From: Candidatus Poribacteria bacterium
GTDB taxonomy: Bacteria > Poribacteria > WGA-4E > WGA-3G
Reading direction: 5' to 3'
NCBI GenBank assembly: GCA_965207855.1
Contig: OZ242310.1
Coordinates: 5,128,151 to 5,192,150, forward strand
Length of the DNA stretch: 64,000 nucleotides
Under the pieces are notes generated by a model, which was not told the DNA's origin, searched no databases, and worked only from the letters and a program-made list of their open reading frames with translations. Position 1 is the first letter of the stretch, and each line of letters begins with the position of its first letter. The translations under genes were made by a program, and so were the position numbers. Below are positions 59,801 to 64,000 of this stretch, piece by piece.

Positions 59801-62551
59801 ATGATAGGAAATAATACAGACATACCCCGCCCAGAGTATCCACGTCCAGATTTTCAACGCGGCACATCAGAAGGTATTGACTGGATATGCCTCAACGGCA
59901 CGTGGGAGTTCGCTTTTGATCCAGATGATACGGGTGAACAAGAGAAGTGGTTCACCCCTGAATCAATTGCCGATTCACCGTGGACGTTGAAAATACAGGT
60001 GCCGTACCCTTGGGAAAGCCTCGCAGCATGGGGAGAAGAAGCGCAAGCGGATAACGAAAACTACCTGAGCAAAAATGCCTATCTCACACCTGAAGAGGTC
60101 ACCTGCGGCGGTATAGAGCGGAGCGGCAATTACCGTGAAGCACCCCGACACACCATCGGATGGTACCGTAAAACCGTATCCGTTCCAGAAACATGGAACG
60201 GGAAACGGACGATTCTGACTTTCGGTGCAGTGGACTGGCACGCAAAAGTTTGGGTAAACGGCGAATACATCGGTGAACATGAGAATGGATACCTTCCGTT
60301 TGAACTTGACATCACAGACGCACTAACACCCGGAGCATCTACAGTCATCGTCGTTCGTGCTTATGACGCGCAGGACCACAGTGAACAACTCGCTGGAAAA
60401 CAGATAGGTTGGTATGAACGCACCAGCGGCATCTGGCAGACGGTTTACCTTGAACCCAGAAATGCGACGTACATCAAGCAGTGCCATATCACCCCTGATA
60501 TTGATAACAGCACTGCCACACTTGACATCACTATTGACGGAGAAGTCAGTGCGGGAACCACGCTTAATTGGCAGTGCGTTTCTCCTTTGGGAGAAATAGC
60601 CGTCAGCGGTCAGCGGTCAGCAGTCGGTGGAACAGAAGCCGACAACACCGTGAAAGGTATAGGGACGGGGACTACACTTACAATTCCTATCAATATTCCC
60701 CGAGAACACCTCCACCTTTGGGATGTGGATACACCCCACCTCTATAATGTCACACTGACGTTGACATCAGGGGAATCTGTTATCGACAGGGTTTTCACCT
60801 ACTTTGGGATGCGGAAAGTGTCCATTGCAAAAGCCCCAGGTGGGGACTACCAGTATATCTACCTTAATAACCGTCCCGTTTACTTACTCGGTGCTCTGAA
60901 TCAGTCTTTCAATCCGGAAGGTGTATATACCTTCCTTACAGACGAAGCGATCCGACGGGACATCGAACGCGCAAAGGAATTTGGGTTCAACTTCCTGCGT
61001 TTGCATATTAAAGTAGACGAACCGCGCCTCTATTACTGGGCTGATAAGTTAGGTATGCTCTTTATGTGCGATATTCCTAACTTCGGCAGCTACACAGAGA
61101 AAGCACAGGCACGATTTGTAGAGACGCTTCGCGGGAACATCGCGCGCGATTACAATCACCCGTCAATCATCTCATGGTGCAATTTCAACGAAACGTGGGG
61201 CCTCGGCGGTAGAGAATACAAAGAGATGCCTGAACGCCAGGAATGGGTGCGTGAGATGTATCACCTCGCTAAATCCTTAGATGAGACGCGTCTGATAGAA
61301 GACAACTCGCCATGTCTATACGACCACGTGGAAACCGACATCAACTCGTGGCACTTCTACATTAATGATTATGAACAAGCGAAGGAACACATCGCGAACG
61401 TTGTCCAAGAGACGGACCCGGGTTCGGTGTTTAACTACGTTGGTGGTAACGTACAGACGGATGCGCCGTTGATTAATAGTGAATACGGCGGTATCTCAGC
61501 CGGTGCGGGGGATAAGGATGTCTCTTGGTGTTTCAAATACCTTACGAACGAACTCCGCCTCCATCCGAAAATCTGCGGTTACATCTACACGGAGTTGCAG
61601 GACATCGAATGGGAGCACAACGGTTTTATGAACTACGACCGATCAATAAAGGCGTTCGGATACGACTATCTGGATATCAATACACTTGACTTTATCGCCA
61701 TCGACTATCCGCCCGGTAAAACAGTTGCACCGGGTGAAGGGATAAAAGCCGACATTTACGCCAGCCACTTCTCACATAAAACCATTACAGGGACAACCCT
61801 CCACTGGCAACTGGACACAATGTCGGCAACTGGACACATTACACGGGGATATGTCTCAGGAAAAGTTGAGATTCCATTCCCACAATATCAGGTGCAGCAG
61901 GTGCATGAACTCGAACTTGTCGTGCCAGACATTCATCAGGCAGTCGGCACCTTGCACATCTGGGTAACAGATGACACAGATGTTGTCGTCGCCCGTAATT
62001 TTATCAACTTCGAGCACTTCGTAGCGGCGGTTGACCCAATCGAATCAAACGATCCAAAACGGATGACGCTCAACTACGCCCCTGGCAATATATCCGCATC
62101 CTCTTGGAAGGAACCAACAAGGCGTGAACAACTTTTCTCTGCGGTTGGGAACGGTTATGTGGAATATGAGATCTCATTGCCAGAGGGCCTTAATCCAGCA
62201 GATGTTGCAGAAATGGAACTCATTTTTGAAGCCTCCAGCGCGTCCGGTGGTGCCCGTCAAACGGAGCCGGAGAAACATCCATCGGATGTAACAATTTCTG
62301 TCAACGGCGTTGAAATCGACACTATCCGCATCTCCGATTGTCCGGCAGACGCCCGCGGTGTACTCTCTTACATCCACGGAGAACCGGGTATCTATGGCTA
62401 TCTTCACAATATCAAGTTTGAGGCATCAGATATTTTGAAGGGTGCATCAGACACGCTAACAGTCCGTTATGCAGCGAAAGATGGATTCGCACTCTACGGT
62501 GCGCGCATGGGTAGATACCCGACTGGACCGCATCTGCGTATTGGTTTTTAA
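59801..62551 (+). CDS. glycoside hydrolase family 2 (beta-galactosidase/beta-mannosidase-like)
   Basis: 916 aa; GH2 sugar-binding-domain motif WHAKVWVNGEYIGEHENGYLPFELDIT; TIM-barrel FNFLRLHIK, NETWG, NSEYGG catalytic-region motifs. Confidence 0.8.
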   Translation: MIGNNTDIPRPEYPRPDFQRGTSEGIDWICLNGTWEFAFDPDDTGEQEKWFTPESIADSPWTLKIQVPYPWESLAAWGEEAQADNENYLSKNAYLTPEEVTCGGIERSGNYREAPRHTIGWYRKTVSVPETWNGKRTILTFGAVDWHAKVWVNGEYIGEHENGYLPFELDITDALTPGASTVIVVRAYDAQDHSEQLAGKQIGWYERTSGIWQTVYLEPRNATYIKQCHITPDIDNSTATLDITIDGEVSAGTTLNWQCVSPLGEIAVSGQRSAVGGTEADNTVKGIGTGTTLTIPINIPREHLHLWDVDTPHLYNVTLTLTSGESVIDRVFTYFGMRKVSIAKAPGGDYQYIYLNNRPVYLLGALNQSFNPEGVYTFLTDEAIRRDIERAKEFGFNFLRLHIKVDEPRLYYWADKLGMLFMCDIPNFGSYTEKAQARFVETLRGNIARDYNHPSIISWCNFNETWGLGGREYKEMPERQEWVREMYHLAKSLDETRLIEDNSPCLYDHVETDINSWHFYINDYEQAKEHIANVVQETDPGSVFNYVGGNVQTDAPLINSEYGGISAGAGDKDVSWCFKYLTNELRLHPKICGYIYTELQDIEWEHNGFMNYDRSIKAFGYDYLDINTLDFIAIDYPPGKTVAPGEGIKADIYASHFSHKTITGTTLHWQLDTMSATGHITRGYVSGKVEIPFPQYQVQQVHELELVVPDIHQAVGTLHIWVTDDTDVVVARNFINFEHFVAAVDPIESNDPKRMTLNYAPGNISASSWKEPTRREQLFSAVGNGYVEYEISLPEGLNPADVAEMELIFEASSASGGARQTEPEKHPSDVTISVNGVEIDTIRISDCPADARGVLSYIHGEPGIYGYLHNIKFEASDILKGASDTLTVRYAAKDGFALYGARMGRYPTGPHLRIGF

Positions 62552-62647
62552 ATGATTAAATCTGAGCTGCTACGGACGATGTCCTTAGCAGTATTTCAAT
62601 TGTTAAAAAAGCATTCATGACCTAAAGTCGCTTGTTCCAATTTAGAA

Positions 62648-62692
62648 AATCAACGGTATGAATGCCGCATGGCATTCCCCGGATGCCGACAA
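62648..62692. repeat. REP-like hairpin repeat unit
   Basis: AAATCAACGGTATGAATGCCGCATGGCATTCCCCGGATGCC. Confidence 0.7.
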
Positions 62693-62725
62693 CGGAGGCA
62701 TCGCCCGAGAGGAGTAGTTAAAAAA

Positions 62726-63835
62726 ATGGCAAGCCCTGAATTTGTATTCACGCGTTATTCTAACTTAGAGATTTCTTGGCCCTTCGTACACGAACAGATG
62801 GTGAACCGGTTAGAAGAGCTCGGCGTAACACTTGTTCTCAACACCGACAGCCGAGACCCCATCCACGAACAGGTCGATTTAAGTGAAACTATTGGAATAT
62901 CTCACTTCGGTGGAAACCTAACCGAAGCCTGTATCGCGGCAGCTCCAAAGCTCAAAGTGCTTGGCGCGATGACAGATAATTCCGGACACGGCATTCCGTA
63001 TCAGGCACTTCAGGCGCGCGGGATCCCAGTGATTGAATCGACGCGAGCGTGGTCGCAATCCGTGGCGGAATGCGCTTTCGGTCTCGCTTTGTCTTCGCTA
63101 CGCCGGACAGCACAGTGGCACCTGCGGATGGCAAATCGTGAAAAACTCTGGGATTGGGAAAACCCAATGTGGGGTTCACTCAAGGCGCGGGAAAGCGGGG
63201 CACCCCTCGATAAACTCCCCGCCGCACACCAGTTCTGTGACGATCCGGATTTCGTTAACGGCGACCTCGGCACGAAAAACATCGGGGTTATTGGACTCGG
63301 GCAAATTGGCGGAAAAATCGCGAAATGGTGTCGGGTTTTCGGGGCAACAGTGACGGGTTTTGATCCATACATCCCGGACGAACTCCTTCAAGAGTGGGAT
63401 GTACAACGGACTGACATGGACACGCTTGCGGAGACTTCAGATATCGTGTTTGTAGCGGTCCCCCCGACCCCGTCAGCGCGACATCTGTTGAATCGAGAAC
63501 GCATCAATCATCTGCGGAAAGGCAGTCTGGTTGTTGTGATTACGCGTGCACACGCTGTGGATATGGAAGCGTTGCGAGAACGGATTGTAAAAGATGAACT
63601 CGCTGGTGCCTTCGACGTTTACGACATCGAACCCGTCCCTATCGATGACGAACTGCGCAATCGAGACAATGTTGTCCATACACCGCATATCGCCGGTAGA
63701 ACAGAAGATTCCAACTTACGCGTGGCAGATATGACGATAGACGATTTTGTGCGCGTGCTAAACGGTGAAACACCACTCGGCGCGTTAACACCGAAAGCCG
63801 TTGAGGTCCGAACCTCACCCAACCCGAATCAATAG
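62726..63835 (+). CDS. D-isomer-specific 2-hydroxyacid dehydrogenase family (NAD-binding)
   Basis: Start moved to MASPEFVF because the upstream part of the track ORF overlaps a REP-like repeat; GVIGLGQIGGKIA Rossmann; catalytic R, E...H (HTPHIAG) pattern. Confidence 0.8.
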   Translation: MASPEFVFTRYSNLEISWPFVHEQMVNRLEELGVTLVLNTDSRDPIHEQVDLSETIGISHFGGNLTEACIAAAPKLKVLGAMTDNSGHGIPYQALQARGIPVIESTRAWSQSVAECAFGLALSSLRRTAQWHLRMANREKLWDWENPMWGSLKARESGAPLDKLPAAHQFCDDPDFVNGDLGTKNIGVIGLGQIGGKIAKWCRVFGATVTGFDPYIPDELLQEWDVQRTDMDTLAETSDIVFVAVPPTPSARHLLNRERINHLRKGSLVVVITRAHAVDMEALRERIVKDELAGAFDVYDIEPVPIDDELRNRDNVVHTPHIAGRTEDSNLRVADMTIDDFVRVLNGETPLGALTPKAVEVRTSPNPNQ

Positions 63836-64000
63836 CAAGTAGTTGTCGGTTGTCAGTTAAGAGGCAACGTGTAACAACCCACCTTAGCTTGGGCGTTTCA
63901 ACAAGGGTAGATTGTTACCAAAGTCTTCTTAACCCACAACCGACAGCCGATACCCAACAACCATTAACACAAAAATGTCCTCCAAAATAGTATATAAAAA

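Noticed and set aside
62669-62725. N-terminal 19-aa extension of the 2-hydroxyacid dehydrogenase ORF (MAFPGCRQRRHRPRGVVKK).
   Set aside because: This segment is encoded by the REP-like hairpin repeat (62648..62692). The Met at 62726 (MASPEFVF) gives a normal N-terminus.

Overview
This 64 kb window looks like a contig from an uncultivated bacterium with roughly 50% GC. It is almost fully coding on both strands. The housekeeping backbone includes tgt, miaA and mnmA (translationally coupled by an ATGA overlap), secD and secF, apt, a tRNA-Arg(CCT) and an aapJQMP-type amino-acid ABC transporter operon. Accessory genes are interleaved with it: a sulfatase, a GH2 glycosidase, an M14 carboxypeptidase, a LamG-domain protein, paired HEAT-repeat lipoproteins and a 2247-aa Gly/Tyr-rich surface protein.

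The most interesting locus is a tight minus-strand operon at about 35.1-42.8 kb. It couples a second, divergent TGT-like transglycosylase to a HerA-like ATPase, a NurA-like protein and two unknown proteins, next to a sensor-less sigma54-type ATPase. It is more AT-rich than its flanks and bracketed by dispersed repeats. I read it as a candidate uncharacterised DNA-modification or DNA-targeting (defence-like) module.

A second candidate defence pair lies at 8.2-10.1 kb: an ABC/AAA_21-type ATPase with a small DUF4276/TOPRIM-like partner, in the split-OLD/PARIS style.

The window is also unusually rich in small dispersed intergenic repeats: a REP-like hairpin family with compensatory stem substitutions, a MITE-like element with terminal inverted repeats, palindromic boxes sharing a ...GCTACAA tail, degenerate heptanucleotide microsatellites at gene boundaries, and a 700-bp ORF-free region packed with iteron-like motifs. 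I found no CRISPR array, rRNA or obvious transposase.
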